A stretch of 64,000 nucleotides of DNA from Verrucomicrobiota bacterium (GCA_047947115.1 CP170459.1:4608001-4672000), one strand, 5' to 3'; positions 47,850 to 57,809 are shown, counted from the stretch's first letter. Translations and numbers: made by a program. The notes: generated by a model from the sequence alone, not told the origin.

Positions 47850-48890
47850 ATGATAAGGACCTTGGAATGGACGAATGAAAGCCTCCGCATTCTGGATCAG
47901 ACCCTGTTGCCTCTTGAGGAACGCTATTTGGATCTGACCACGCTGGACCAGGTCATAGAAGCCATTCGATCCCTGCGAGTCAGAGGAGCACCCGCGATCG
48001 GGGTCAGCGCAGCTTATGGAATGGTGATAGCGGCAAGGTCCATAGCATCATCAGACGTCACGATCTTTTTGAAAGAACTGCGGGAATTGGCGAACCGCCT
48101 GATTGCGGCGCGGCCAACAGCGGTAAACCTGGAATGGGCCGTGGAATCCATCATGATCCGGCTGGAAGAGCGGCCTCCTGAAAAGACCGAAGCCATCGTC
48201 TCCGGCATCTTGAAGCAAGCCATGGCCATCCATGAAGACGATCGACAACGATGTGATGTGATGGCCGATCATGGAGTCCAAATTATCCCTGACAAAGCGG
48301 GCATCCTCACCCATTGCAACACCGGTTACCTGGCAACAGCAGGGATTGGCACGGCTTTGGGAGTGATATTTCGAGCGCACGAAGCGGGAAAAGTTTCGAT
48401 GGTTTACGCCGATGAAACCCGCCCACTCCTTCAGGGAGCCAGATTAACAGCCTGGGAATGCGCTAAAGTGAGTGTCCCGCACACACTGATCTGTGACAGC
48501 ATGGCGGCCGTATTGATGCGTCAGGGAAAAGTCGATCTGGTCATTGTCGGTGCGGATCGCATTGCAGCGGACGGTTCGGCAGCCAACAAGATTGGCACCT
48601 ACGGAGTGGCGGTCCAGGCTCATCACCACAATGTCCCCTTCTATATCTCGGCTCCTCTGTCGACCTTCGATCTGAATCTGGTTTCGGGAGAAGCCATCCC
48701 CATCGAGGAAAGAAATCAGGACGAGGTGCGCCGGATCATGAACACCTGTCAGATTGGACCTGAAGAAACACCCTGCTGGAACCCGGCATTTGACGTCACT
48801 CCTCCTCATTTGATCAGCGGCATCATCACCGAAGCAGGCATTCTCAAGCCTCCGTATGCACATTCCATTGCGGAGGCTTTCGATGTTTGA
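47850..48890 (+). CDS. mtnA: S-methyl-5-thioribose-1-phosphate isomerase
   Basis: LDQTLLP, VRGAPAIG, RPTAVNL, LTHCNTG, ETRPLLQGARLT, GADRI..NKIGTY, NPAFDVTP. Confidence 0.95.
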   Translation: MIRTLEWTNESLRILDQTLLPLEERYLDLTTLDQVIEAIRSLRVRGAPAIGVSAAYGMVIAARSIASSDVTIFLKELRELANRLIAARPTAVNLEWAVESIMIRLEERPPEKTEAIVSGILKQAMAIHEDDRQRCDVMADHGVQIIPDKAGILTHCNTGYLATAGIGTALGVIFRAHEAGKVSMVYADETRPLLQGARLTAWECAKVSVPHTLICDSMAAVLMRQGKVDLVIVGADRIAADGSAANKIGTYGVAVQAHHHNVPFYISAPLSTFDLNLVSGEAIPIEERNQDEVRRIMNTCQIGPEETPCWNPAFDVTPPHLISGIITEAGILKPPYAHSIAEAFDV

Positions 48891-48958
48891 TTCTGGACGA
48901 CACCCCCATCTCGCAGTAGTTTGCTAGTCCGCGTGTGACGATTGCGCGCGGATGGATT

Positions 48959-49291
48959 ATGAAATGTCCCAAATGTGAACAGATTGAACTGGAATCCCGG
49001 GTCGTCGAAGACGTGGAGGTCGACCGATGTCCGGACTGCGGCGGCATCTGGTTTGATCAGGATGAATTATCAAAAACACTTTCATTGAACGCGAGCGAAC
49101 TGAAACCGCTGACCAAAGGCAAGGAACGTCCCGAATTAAATAAACTCATCGGAACCTGCCCCGTGGACCAAACAGACCTGATCAGAGTCTGCAGCCAGCA
49201 CAACCGGTCCATCATACTGGATCGTTGTCCCGAATGCCTGGGAGTCTGGCTGGATGGTAGTGAGTTCAAACGCTTGATCAAGAAAGCATAA
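48959..49291 (+). CDS. Tandem zf-TFIIB-like zinc-ribbon protein
   Basis: Two units: CPKC...DRCPDCGGIWFDQDEL and CPVD...DRCPECLGVWLDGSEF. Start revised to ATG 48959. Confidence 0.85.
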   Translation: MKCPKCEQIELESRVVEDVEVDRCPDCGGIWFDQDELSKTLSLNASELKPLTKGKERPELNKLIGTCPVDQTDLIRVCSQHNRSIILDRCPECLGVWLDGSEFKRLIKKA

Positions 49292-49294
49292 CAA

Positions 49295-50647
49295 GTGAAC
49301 ATCGTTATTGTAGGCGCGGGCGAAGTGGGCAAGCATCTGGCCGAAAGTTTGTCCACACAACTGCACAACATCACGGTCATCGAAGCTTCGGAAGAAACAT
49401 CGGAGGACCTGAATGAGAGTCTTGATGCCAGTGTTCTGTGTGGCAATGGCGCTTCGGCGACCACACTGGCGGAGGCAAATGTGGGTGAATGCGACTTGTT
49501 CCTGGCGCTTACCAGTCTCGACAACACCAATCTGGTCTCAGCTTCCATCGCAAAATCCCTGGGAGCCAAGAAGACCGTCTCACGAGTCCATGCCAGCGTT
49601 CAACGCGAAGAATGGCTTTTTGATATCCGTTCCCACTTCAATATTGACTACCTGTTCAGCACCGAACGACTGGCCGCGGTGGAACTGGCAAAGTTCGTGC
49701 GCAACCCTGAAGGTCTGGTGGTTGAGGACATTGCCAGGGGACGCATAGAACTCCATCAATATAAGGTGGCTGCAGAAAGCAAAGCCATTCATGTGCCTAT
49801 TTCAAAGCTTCACCTGCCCCCAAGGGTGCGCATCGCATGCATCATGCGTGACGGTTTGAACACCATACCCGGTGGTGCCGACACCTTGATGGCAGGTGAT
49901 CTGGTGACACTTTTCGGCGAACCCTCTCTACTGGATCAGGTCATCAGCCTGCTGGATCCAAGCGCTCAGCGCAAAAAGGACCTGAAAGCGGTCATTTTTG
50001 GTGGTGGAGAATACGCATTTGCCTTGGCGCAAATGTTGGAGGGAGCAGCCGTGCAGGTGCGCATCATGGAAAAGCAGGAAAGTGAATGTCGCCGACTTTC
50101 CGGCATGTTGCAGGATTCATTGATCATCAATGGCGACGCCACATCCCTGCAGCAACTCCGCGAAGAGCAGGTCGACCAGGCCGATTTCTTCATAGCGGTC
50201 AGTCCAGACGACGAGGACAATGTCATGGCCTGTCTCCAGGCCAAAAGCCTCGGCACGGAATACTGCCTCACAATGATCCACCGAGCCGACTATGCCGACG
50301 TCATTTACCGCAACCGCCAGCGGCTTGGCCTGCTGGCTGCCGTCAGCCCCCGACTGGCCACCAACCGCGATCTGCTTCGTTTCATGGAAACGGACAAATA
50401 CCACAAAGTCTCGACCCTGCAAGGCGGGGTTGAAGTGATTCAACTCAGTCTCAGAGAGGGTGCCCGCGTCATCGATCAGAAGGTATCCGACATCAAATGG
50501 CCCAAAGGCGCCGCACTCGTGGGCTTGCTGAGGGACCAGATGGCCATTGTTCCAACCGGAGAAGACACGCTGAATGTCGAAGACACGGTCTACGCCATCA
50601 CCACAGCCGATGCCCGTAAACCTCTGGTCAAACTGCTCACCCGCTGA
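49295..50647 (+). CDS. trkA: Trk system potassium uptake protein TrkA
   Basis: Two RCK_N/RCK_C pairs: IVGAGEVG and IFGGGEYA..INGDAT. Confidence 0.92.
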   Translation: MNIVIVGAGEVGKHLAESLSTQLHNITVIEASEETSEDLNESLDASVLCGNGASATTLAEANVGECDLFLALTSLDNTNLVSASIAKSLGAKKTVSRVHASVQREEWLFDIRSHFNIDYLFSTERLAAVELAKFVRNPEGLVVEDIARGRIELHQYKVAAESKAIHVPISKLHLPPRVRIACIMRDGLNTIPGGADTLMAGDLVTLFGEPSLLDQVISLLDPSAQRKKDLKAVIFGGGEYAFALAQMLEGAAVQVRIMEKQESECRRLSGMLQDSLIINGDATSLQQLREEQVDQADFFIAVSPDDEDNVMACLQAKSLGTEYCLTMIHRADYADVIYRNRQRLGLLAAVSPRLATNRDLLRFMETDKYHKVSTLQGGVEVIQLSLREGARVIDQKVSDIKWPKGAALVGLLRDQMAIVPTGEDTLNVEDTVYAITTADARKPLVKLLTR

Positions 50648-52119
50648 TGAACTTTCACCTGCTTTGCAAAATCCAGGGTGGACTGCTGCTGCTGCTCGGT
50701 GTGGCACAAAGCTTCTGCTTGGCGTATGCGTATCAATTTGATGGAAGGAGCAAAGGGCTGGATTCAGTGGAAGGTTTGACCCTGTCGGTTTCGGTCAACA
50801 TTGTGTTTGGATTGATTTTACTCATGCTCGGTCGCGGGTCCGGAAAGGAAATCCTTCGCAAGGAAGCCATCGCCATCGTCGGTTTGAGCTGGATTGTCTG
50901 TGCCGTATTCGGTGCATTGCCCTATGTGTTCTGCGAACCCAGAATGGGGCTCGCAGACGCGTTTTTCGAATCCATGTCCGGATTCACCACCACCGGCGCT
51001 TCTGTCATTCAGGATCTGGAAACCTATCCGAAAGGAATTCTGCTATGGCGATGCCTCACCCAATGGCTCGGCGGGATGGGGATTCTGGTGTTGTTTGTGG
51101 CGTTACTCTCTTATCTGGGTGTCGGCAGCAAGGCGCTGTTCCGTCACGAATCCTCGGCAAAGGAAGGCGGCGGCCTCCAGGCCCGCATTCACGATGTGGC
51201 GCTCAAACTCTGGCAGATTTATGTCGTTCTGAGCCTCGTGCTTTTCGGTGGTTTCAAACTGTTGGGCATGTCGGTGTTTGATGCCCTTTGCCACACTTTT
51301 GCGACCATTTCCACCGGAGGCTTCAGTCCGCATGGATTGAGTATCGGCCATTACAACAACCCCCTGATCGAAGCCTGGACCATGTTGTTCATGGTTTTGG
51401 GGGGCATCAGTTTCATGTTGTATGCATGGCTCCTGCGCGGCAAATGGGATCGTTGGCGAAAGGAGGAAGAAACCAAGTATTTCCTCGGAATCGTTGCCAC
51501 CGTCACACTGGCCATCACCTTGCATCTGGTCATTTTCGGGGAGAACATGACACTGTTTCATGCCTTGAGAGTCAGTTCTTTCCAGGTCATCTCCATCATC
51601 ACCACAACCGGTTTCGTCACCGACGATTATGACATGTGGCCCACCTTTCCGATTCTGCTTCTACTGGGACTCATGATGGTCGGTGGCTGCACGGGTTCCA
51701 CGGCTGGAGGGGTCAAGATAAGTCGCTGGCTCCTTTTCTTCAAAACGATGCGGAAGGAGTTGAACGAAAGTTTCCGCCCGAATGTCATTCGTTCCGTCAG
51801 CCTGAACGGCAACAATGTCGATGATGAAGTCCAGTTCCAGACCATGTTTTTCATTGCCATTGCCGCGGTGATCATCGGCGTGTTCACCTTGACAGTCAGC
51901 TTGCTCGAACCGGGGCTGGATCTGGTTTCCGCTCTTTCGGCCGTTTTTGCGACCTTTATGAACATCGGCCCCGCCCTTGGCCAGTTGGGCCCGACCGAAA
52001 CGTTCTACGACCTCAAAGCACTCACCAAAATCCTGCTCAGCATGCTCATGGCGGTGGGACGTCTTGAAATCTTTGCCATTCTCGTCCTCTTCTTTCCATC
52101 GCTATGGAGAAAATACTGA
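50647..52119 (+). CDS. trkH: Trk system potassium uptake protein TrkH
   Basis: FESMSGFTTTGAS, QWLGGMG, ISTGGFS, TTTGF, GGCTGSTAGGVK, NIGP, GRLEI. Confidence 0.95.
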   Translation: MNFHLLCKIQGGLLLLLGVAQSFCLAYAYQFDGRSKGLDSVEGLTLSVSVNIVFGLILLMLGRGSGKEILRKEAIAIVGLSWIVCAVFGALPYVFCEPRMGLADAFFESMSGFTTTGASVIQDLETYPKGILLWRCLTQWLGGMGILVLFVALLSYLGVGSKALFRHESSAKEGGGLQARIHDVALKLWQIYVVLSLVLFGGFKLLGMSVFDALCHTFATISTGGFSPHGLSIGHYNNPLIEAWTMLFMVLGGISFMLYAWLLRGKWDRWRKEEETKYFLGIVATVTLAITLHLVIFGENMTLFHALRVSSFQVISIITTTGFVTDDYDMWPTFPILLLLGLMMVGGCTGSTAGGVKISRWLLFFKTMRKELNESFRPNVIRSVSLNGNNVDDEVQFQTMFFIAIAAVIIGVFTLTVSLLEPGLDLVSALSAVFATFMNIGPALGQLGPTETFYDLKALTKILLSMLMAVGRLEIFAILVLFFPSLWRKY

Positions 52120-52275
52120 TGAAATGACCTTCATGGTTTATTGAAAAAGTTACATCGGCTTCCCCTGCCCTCATTCTTTTTGACAAGGACCAACCTGCTC
52201 CTTTCATTCAGAATGCGCGCATTGAACGGAACTGCAGGCCATCATCATGTCTTGCCTGCGCATGCTGTGAACACA

Positions 52276-52986
52276 TCACTGGCTGGGACCAATCAATACC
52301 ACAAATTCCCCTTTGATCTTGAGGGTCTGCCGTTGGGCCCACAAATCAATCGATTTCCCTCTCACCCATTGCTCGAATTTCTTTGTGAGTTCCCTGGCCA
52401 ACACCACATCACGATCAGGCATCAAGTCTTTCAGTTCTTCCAAAAGCTTTTCAATCCGATGAGGCGATTCATAAAGAACAAGCGTGCCAGGGATATCCAG
52501 GCAGGATTCGAGCTTCCGTCGTCGTCGGGCGCTCTTACGGTCAAGAAAGCCTAGGAAATGCACCTCATCCGTCGGCAAACCACATCCGCTCAAGGCTGTG
52601 GTAAAAGCACATGCGCCCGGCAATGGCTCCACACGAAACCCCTGATGAATGGTTTCCGCGATAATACGCTGGCCCGGATCACTGATCCCAGGCGTTCCGG
52701 CATCGGTCACCAAAGCCAAACGCCCCCCTTGAGACAACCGCTCAAGGATCTGTTCCTGACGCGCAGCCTCGTTGAACTTGTGGTAACTGAGCATGGGCTT
52801 CCCGATGTCGAAATGTTTCAACAACTGCCCCGTATGACGCGTATCTTCCGCGAGCACCAAATCGCAGGATTTTAAAATATTCAACGCTCGCAAGGTAATG
52901 TCTTCCAGATTGCCAATGGGAGTCGGTACAACGTAGAGCACGCCGGCGGGTGTCATGGATGGAGATGTGGCTGGTTCCTCACTCAT
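52276..52986 (-). CDS. rsmI: 16S rRNA (cytidine1402-2'-O)-methyltransferase
   Basis: LYVVPTPIGNLEDIT, AEDTR, DAGTPGISDPG, YESPHR, RELTKKFE, KGEFV. Confidence 0.95.
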   Translation of the reverse strand: MSEEPATSPSMTPAGVLYVVPTPIGNLEDITLRALNILKSCDLVLAEDTRHTGQLLKHFDIGKPMLSYHKFNEAARQEQILERLSQGGRLALVTDAGTPGISDPGQRIIAETIHQGFRVEPLPGACAFTTALSGCGLPTDEVHFLGFLDRKSARRRRKLESCLDIPGTLVLYESPHRIEKLLEELKDLMPDRDVVLARELTKKFEQWVRGKSIDLWAQRQTLKIKGEFVVLIGPSQ

Positions 52987-53065
52987 CGATCTTTGGATTG
53001 CATCCTCACAGATTCAATGCAGAGTGTCAGGCATAAGTTGAAAGTAAATCTCTCTCGCAACACAT

Positions 53066-54070
53066 ATGAACCGTTTGACATATCTAATGCCTTCGTCACT
53101 GTTGTGGGTCTTGTGCGTGATATTTTCGCAAGCAACCACCCAAGGCGCATCCCGTGAAGACTGGAAGATCCAACCACTCCTGTTTGAAGCCCTGACCGAA
53201 CCTCCCTGCTCTTATGTCTCAACAGAACACCGAAAAGGATTTGTGGAAAACACCGACAAGGTTGTTGCCTGGCTGCGAGGTGCCCATAATGGAGGCGCCA
53301 TCCCATTAAGACACTTTCTGGCGGGACCACGGATCATCAACGACACTTACGGGCTCTTTTTCTATGATCCGGAAGGTGGCTACGTTGCCGCCTATAAAAA
53401 GGATTACGGTTACTCGTTTTATGGATGGCGGAAAGAAGTCATGCTCGTAAAAAGCAAAGATGGCACTGTCTGGTCCGCTCTGAGTGGACGGGCTTTGGAG
53501 GGACCGCAGGAAGGAAAAACCCTGCAACGTATCCCATCCATGACGACCACCTGGGGAAATTGGCTGATGTTGCACCCCGAATCCACCGCCTACAATCTTT
53601 TCAAGGGGGATAAATACCCGGTTGTCGAACTTCCCGATGCCGACGCCTGGTCTCAGCAGCATTCACAGAAAACCCAAATCATCGCGAACGACCTCGTGAT
53701 GGGCGTTGAAAGCGAAGATGGTCAAATGGCATTTCCTCTTGATTTGACCAGGGAAAGGGCCTGCTACAATGACACACTGAACAAACTTCCCGTCACGGCC
53801 TTCTGGTATGGCCCAACGCAATCTTCCGCTGCATGGATCCGTCAGGTGGGCGACAAAATACTGACCTTCCGCGCAGATGATATCGCTCCGGAAACAGCCC
53901 CCTTCATGGACAATGAAACCAATAGCCGATGGACACTGGCAGGTCGGGCAGTGGATGGTCCGCTGCGGGGTACGGAACTGGAATGGATTCCATCCATTCA
54001 ATGCCGTGCAGAAGCCTGGATGGCGGAATATCCGGCATCCACCTCGTTTCAACCCCAAACAAAACCATGA
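53066..54070 (+). CDS. Exported DUF3179-like protein
   Basis: Signal-peptide-like N-terminus; duplicated motif GTVWSALSGRALEGPQEGKTL..TTWGNW..HPES and TNSRWTLAGRAVDGPLRGTEL..W..EYPAS. Confidence 0.7.
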   Translation: MNRLTYLMPSSLLWVLCVIFSQATTQGASREDWKIQPLLFEALTEPPCSYVSTEHRKGFVENTDKVVAWLRGAHNGGAIPLRHFLAGPRIINDTYGLFFYDPEGGYVAAYKKDYGYSFYGWRKEVMLVKSKDGTVWSALSGRALEGPQEGKTLQRIPSMTTTWGNWLMLHPESTAYNLFKGDKYPVVELPDADAWSQQHSQKTQIIANDLVMGVESEDGQMAFPLDLTRERACYNDTLNKLPVTAFWYGPTQSSAAWIRQVGDKILTFRADDIAPETAPFMDNETNSRWTLAGRAVDGPLRGTELEWIPSIQCRAEAWMAEYPASTSFQPQTKP

Positions 54071-55149
54071 CATCCTGCCTTCGAATCTGTATTGGATGCT
54101 GTTTGGCACTCCTGAGCTGGAAAGCTCTGGCTCAAGATGCGAACGACCTGATAAAGGGCTTGTTGATAGAAGCCTCCTGGCTGCAACATCAGCAAGCACA
54201 GCCATTAAAGGACTCCGGATACAAACAATTGGTCATCAACATCCAGTCATCCCCTACCGACTCACAGTTGAGGGCTCTCCAAAGACTGAAAGAACATGAT
54301 CTGGAAGTATGGTATTGGATCGAAATCGCCCGGGATGAACAAATGGCAGCCCAACACCCCGAATGGATGGCCAGCATTCAAGGACATCCCGAATGGCGCC
54401 GTTTTCACCCGAATTTCCCCAAGGAAACACAAGGGGAAGTTGTAAAAGTGTTTCCATGGGTTCCCGTGTTTTTCGAAGGAGCATTTGAAGCTCATTTTGA
54501 AAAAGTAAATGATCTATTGGAACAATGGCCTTCAGCCAAAGGTGTGTTCCTGAACGACCTCCAGGGAGCGCCAACGGCTTGCGGATGCGGGCATACGCTA
54601 TGTCGATGGACCACCGATTACGGCCCGAAAACAACCGCCAGGAACCTGGGCCACACAGCCCCGGCTCAGTTTATCAAACGGGTAATGGAGGCGCATCCCG
54701 ATATGGAATGCATCCCGGTGTGGGCCACCGAGTGTGAAGCGCATGATAAGGACAGCCTGTGTGCCGGAGTGGGATGTTATAACGGCGCCTGCTGGCGCGA
54801 GTGGTCCAAGCAGCTCGCTCCCATCTCCCAGGCCACTACACATCTGGCGGCCCTGCTGACTTACAAGGAACTTCAACGTGACCTGGACGTCTATGGCACA
54901 AGAGCAGGATGGATCCCTAAAGCCATCGACAGCTTTGCCAGCGAATCCAAGCGATTCAACCACCCTGCCGTTCCTCCTGAGAGACTGATCGGCATACTGC
55001 AAGGATGGAACACCACACCGGAAGAAGAAACGGCCCAGATACGTCATCTGGAAAAATCGGGCACTCATGGATTCATCCTTTCAAAAATGCCGATCACCTC
55101 CGAATGGGAACCGCGCATCCTGAAAATGGATGGAAAGCCTCTGCGATAA
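54067..55149 (+). CDS. Exported hypothetical protein with Cys clusters, possibly a TIM-barrel fold
   Basis: Start revised to ATG 54067 (ATGA overlap); signal peptide ending ALA-Q; WYWIEIAR, GVFLNDLQG, CGCGHTLCRW, ECEAHD..CAGVGCYNGACW. Confidence 0.7.
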   Translation: MTSCLRICIGCCLALLSWKALAQDANDLIKGLLIEASWLQHQQAQPLKDSGYKQLVINIQSSPTDSQLRALQRLKEHDLEVWYWIEIARDEQMAAQHPEWMASIQGHPEWRRFHPNFPKETQGEVVKVFPWVPVFFEGAFEAHFEKVNDLLEQWPSAKGVFLNDLQGAPTACGCGHTLCRWTTDYGPKTTARNLGHTAPAQFIKRVMEAHPDMECIPVWATECEAHDKDSLCAGVGCYNGACWREWSKQLAPISQATTHLAALLTYKELQRDLDVYGTRAGWIPKAIDSFASESKRFNHPAVPPERLIGILQGWNTTPEEETAQIRHLEKSGTHGFILSKMPITSEWEPRILKMDGKPLR

Positions 55150-55274
55150 CCGCTCATGGATCAGGAACTCACGGCGGTTTGTGGCAACGAAAAACAAGCG
55201 TTGGGAACTCAGAATATTGAATCCATCAGACTGTAGCAGCTACGCGATGTCAGGCTTGAATCTCGAAAAGTCTC

Positions 55275-56663
55275 CTAATTGGTAGCCTGTATATTTTGGG
55301 CGGCATCAAGGGATTGATAGTGTTCCAGAAAACGGAGGCGTTGCTTTTCCAATTGCTCCAGCTGACGGGTCGTTTTCTTGATGACAGCCGAGGCCCTGGT
55401 GGCCAGCTGCCCTCGTCGTTCAGGCTCATATCCGACGTCATCCATCATGGAATCAAAGGACTGAAACAAGTCCAGATAGGATTCGATCAACGGCATGACT
55501 TCAAAGTGGGACTGGGCTTTCAACAACTGCAATTGCTGGATCAGATGCTTTGTTTGGGCCTCACGCTCCTCTTCATCCCAGGTGGCAATGACATCTTTGA
55601 ACGCAAACGTTTGCCAGCGGGGCAGGTCGTCTTCCAAAACGGCCATTTTTGCAGGTGGATTGAGAATCCTGCCCAATTCCTCCAGGCTTCTCTCCATCCC
55701 CCACCGGCGTCTGTCGTTGTATTGCGTAATGGAGGCAGTCAGAACAGCCCACCATTTTTCAAGGCTGAGCATATTGGGAAAAGAAGAACGGTAGGCCTGA
55801 TGAAACGCTGTTTGCCAATTAAGATAGTTTGGAAGCATTTCGATGAAGCGATGCATGGAAGACTTTCCGTCCACTATCAGGCACAATTCCCGAAACATCA
55901 AATGGGAACAATGCCTGAAGTTCATGGTCCGCACCCATTGGTCATCCGATGAAAATAACTGCTCGGCACTGAGCGGATCATTGGTTTGAAGGAATTGCTT
56001 GGCCTGGAAGGTCGATTCCCGCTTGTAAAACCAGGGAGTGGGCTTGCCAAGTTTATCGCTGGGAACCCCGACCTCCACCATGTCGTCCACAGTCAATGAT
56101 GGATCCATGATGGCAGAATGCACCACAAACTGTCGAAGCCCCTCAATCAACCAGGCGGGGGGATGGCACATGACTTCCGGTGAGGGGCGGTTGACAATCT
56201 CCAGAAAAATGACATGAACAAGGTTCCTGAGCCAAATGTCTTCAGAGATTTTGGGTTTCAACACCACTTGAAATCCCCACCCATTGGCATATCGCGTCGG
56301 AACGGTAATGAACGGCTCTTTGGATCGACGGCTGGAGCTGATGGTAAACCGGATTTTATTGCGCCAGCTGTCCTGCACGCCAAGAGCCTGCAACATCATG
56401 TCCTTGATTTGCTCGGCATTCAGGGCTACCAAATCGGGCGTCAATGCGATCAGACCGTTGTTTTTTTCCAAGCCATTAAGGTTCGATGGCTCAAATATTT
56501 CTCCATCCCAAACAACGACGAACTGTTCACTTTTGCTGACCAAGGTGCCAGCCATACCGCCCGAAACGCCAAGACTCAGCAAGATGCCGGCAAGTAACCG
56601 GCAAAAACGCCGGCACGTCGTCGTTCTTTGGAAAGGATTCAGCATGTCACCTTGCAAGCACAC
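55275..56663 (-). CDS. Exported hypothetical protein
   Basis: Long ORF with a signal-like N-terminus and PPAWLIEGL; no recognisable catalytic motif. Confidence 0.7.
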   Translation of the reverse strand: MCLQGDMLNPFQRTTTCRRFCRLLAGILLSLGVSGGMAGTLVSKSEQFVVVWDGEIFEPSNLNGLEKNNGLIALTPDLVALNAEQIKDMMLQALGVQDSWRNKIRFTISSSRRSKEPFITVPTRYANGWGFQVVLKPKISEDIWLRNLVHVIFLEIVNRPSPEVMCHPPAWLIEGLRQFVVHSAIMDPSLTVDDMVEVGVPSDKLGKPTPWFYKRESTFQAKQFLQTNDPLSAEQLFSSDDQWVRTMNFRHCSHLMFRELCLIVDGKSSMHRFIEMLPNYLNWQTAFHQAYRSSFPNMLSLEKWWAVLTASITQYNDRRRWGMERSLEELGRILNPPAKMAVLEDDLPRWQTFAFKDVIATWDEEEREAQTKHLIQQLQLLKAQSHFEVMPLIESYLDLFQSFDSMMDDVGYEPERRGQLATRASAVIKKTTRQLEQLEKQRLRFLEHYQSLDAAQNIQATN

Positions 56664-56689
56664 ATCATTCCAAAATCGCCATAAAAGTA

Positions 56690-57001
56690 TCAGGACGAAC
56701 TCTTTGACTTGGATTTCTTGGGTTTGGAGCTGGATTTGGATTTGGTTTCCTTGGCAGGGCTGGGTTTATCGTTTTTGGCGCCAGCCTTGTAACTTTCACT
56801 GCGGTAATCGGTAATGTAGAAACCACTCCCCTTGAAAATCAGTCCCGCGCCGGCTCCAATCGCCCGGTGAACTTTTCCCTTGCCCCATTGTTTTTTCTGG
56901 CAAATGTCCTTTGGACAGGTGGTCAGGGCGTCGTCTTTCATGGATTGAAACTGTTCAAATTCCAATCCGCACTTCTCACATTGATATTCGTATGTTGGCA
57001 T
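56690..57001 (-). CDS. FmdB family zinc-ribbon protein
   Basis: MPTYEYQCEKCG..FE..QSM..CP...C, FKGSGFYITDY, Lys/Ser tail. Start revised to ATG 57001. Confidence 0.9.
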   Translation of the reverse strand: MPTYEYQCEKCGLEFEQFQSMKDDALTTCPKDICQKKQWGKGKVHRAIGAGAGLIFKGSGFYITDYRSESYKAGAKNDKPSPAKETKSKSSSKPKKSKSKSSS

Positions 57002-57128
57002 AATAGGTGCAAATTCCATCGATCCTTCCGTAAAATCCCGTTCAGAAGCACCGATCAGCATAGCAAAAACCTAATTCGATCTAAAACTTCAAGCAAATTC
57101 CATCGCATTTTGCTTTGCAAAGCAACTT

Positions 57129-57638
57129 GTGGCAAGTAGGGATGAAGCCTTTACCGTGAACGAACCGAACCAAAACAAAAAACGATTCTACAAGAAATCC
57201 ACCTTTGTCACTCATCTGCCCGAGCGCTACCTCTACAGCCCGTCACATGGCTGGGTATGCGAGATCGAGGAAGGACTGTGGCGTGTGGGACTGACCAAAT
57301 TCGCAACCCGTATGCTGGGTGATATGGTGGATCAGGATTTTGAAGTCAAATCGGATGACACCGTTCAGTTCGGTCAAATCATCGGATGGATGGAAGGTTT
57401 CAAGGCGATCTCGGATCTGTATGCCCTGGTCGAGGGAACTTTTGATCAAGTGAATCCCGCCTTGAATTCAGACCTGTCCGCCATCACAAAAGATCCCTAT
57501 GCCAGCGGCTGGCTCTACCAGGCTCGAGGCAAGATCGATCCCCGCTGCATGTCGGTGACCGAATATACGGAACTGCTGGATGCCACCATTGAAAAAATCC
57601 TCGAACAGCAAAAACAGGAAGACGAGGAATCATCATAA
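57129..57638 (+). CDS. Glycine cleavage H-protein-like lipoyl carrier
   Basis: YSPSHGW, RVGLTKFATRMLGDMV, EGFKAISDLY (lipoyl-Lys position), VNPAL..DPYASGWLY. Confidence 0.82.
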   Translation: MASRDEAFTVNEPNQNKKRFYKKSTFVTHLPERYLYSPSHGWVCEIEEGLWRVGLTKFATRMLGDMVDQDFEVKSDDTVQFGQIIGWMEGFKAISDLYALVEGTFDQVNPALNSDLSAITKDPYASGWLYQARGKIDPRCMSVTEYTELLDATIEKILEQQKQEDEESS

Positions 57639-57809
57639 GCCTGAGTTCTTAAGAACATTAGCCAGCGCGCCCAGTACCCAAATATTGACCAACTTCAAAC
57701 ACCAATTGCCCTGAGCAAGTTCCCACTTGATTTAGCGCAGCTTTGGCCACATTGTATCCACACGTTTCTTGTTCTCCATATCGCAAGAAAAACCCATAGC
57801 TTTAAACAA

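Noticed and set aside
53066..54070. Selenocysteine recoding in the DUF3179-like gene
   Set aside because: No internal in-frame TGA; the terminal TGA overlaps the next gene's ATG, as in normal translational coupling.
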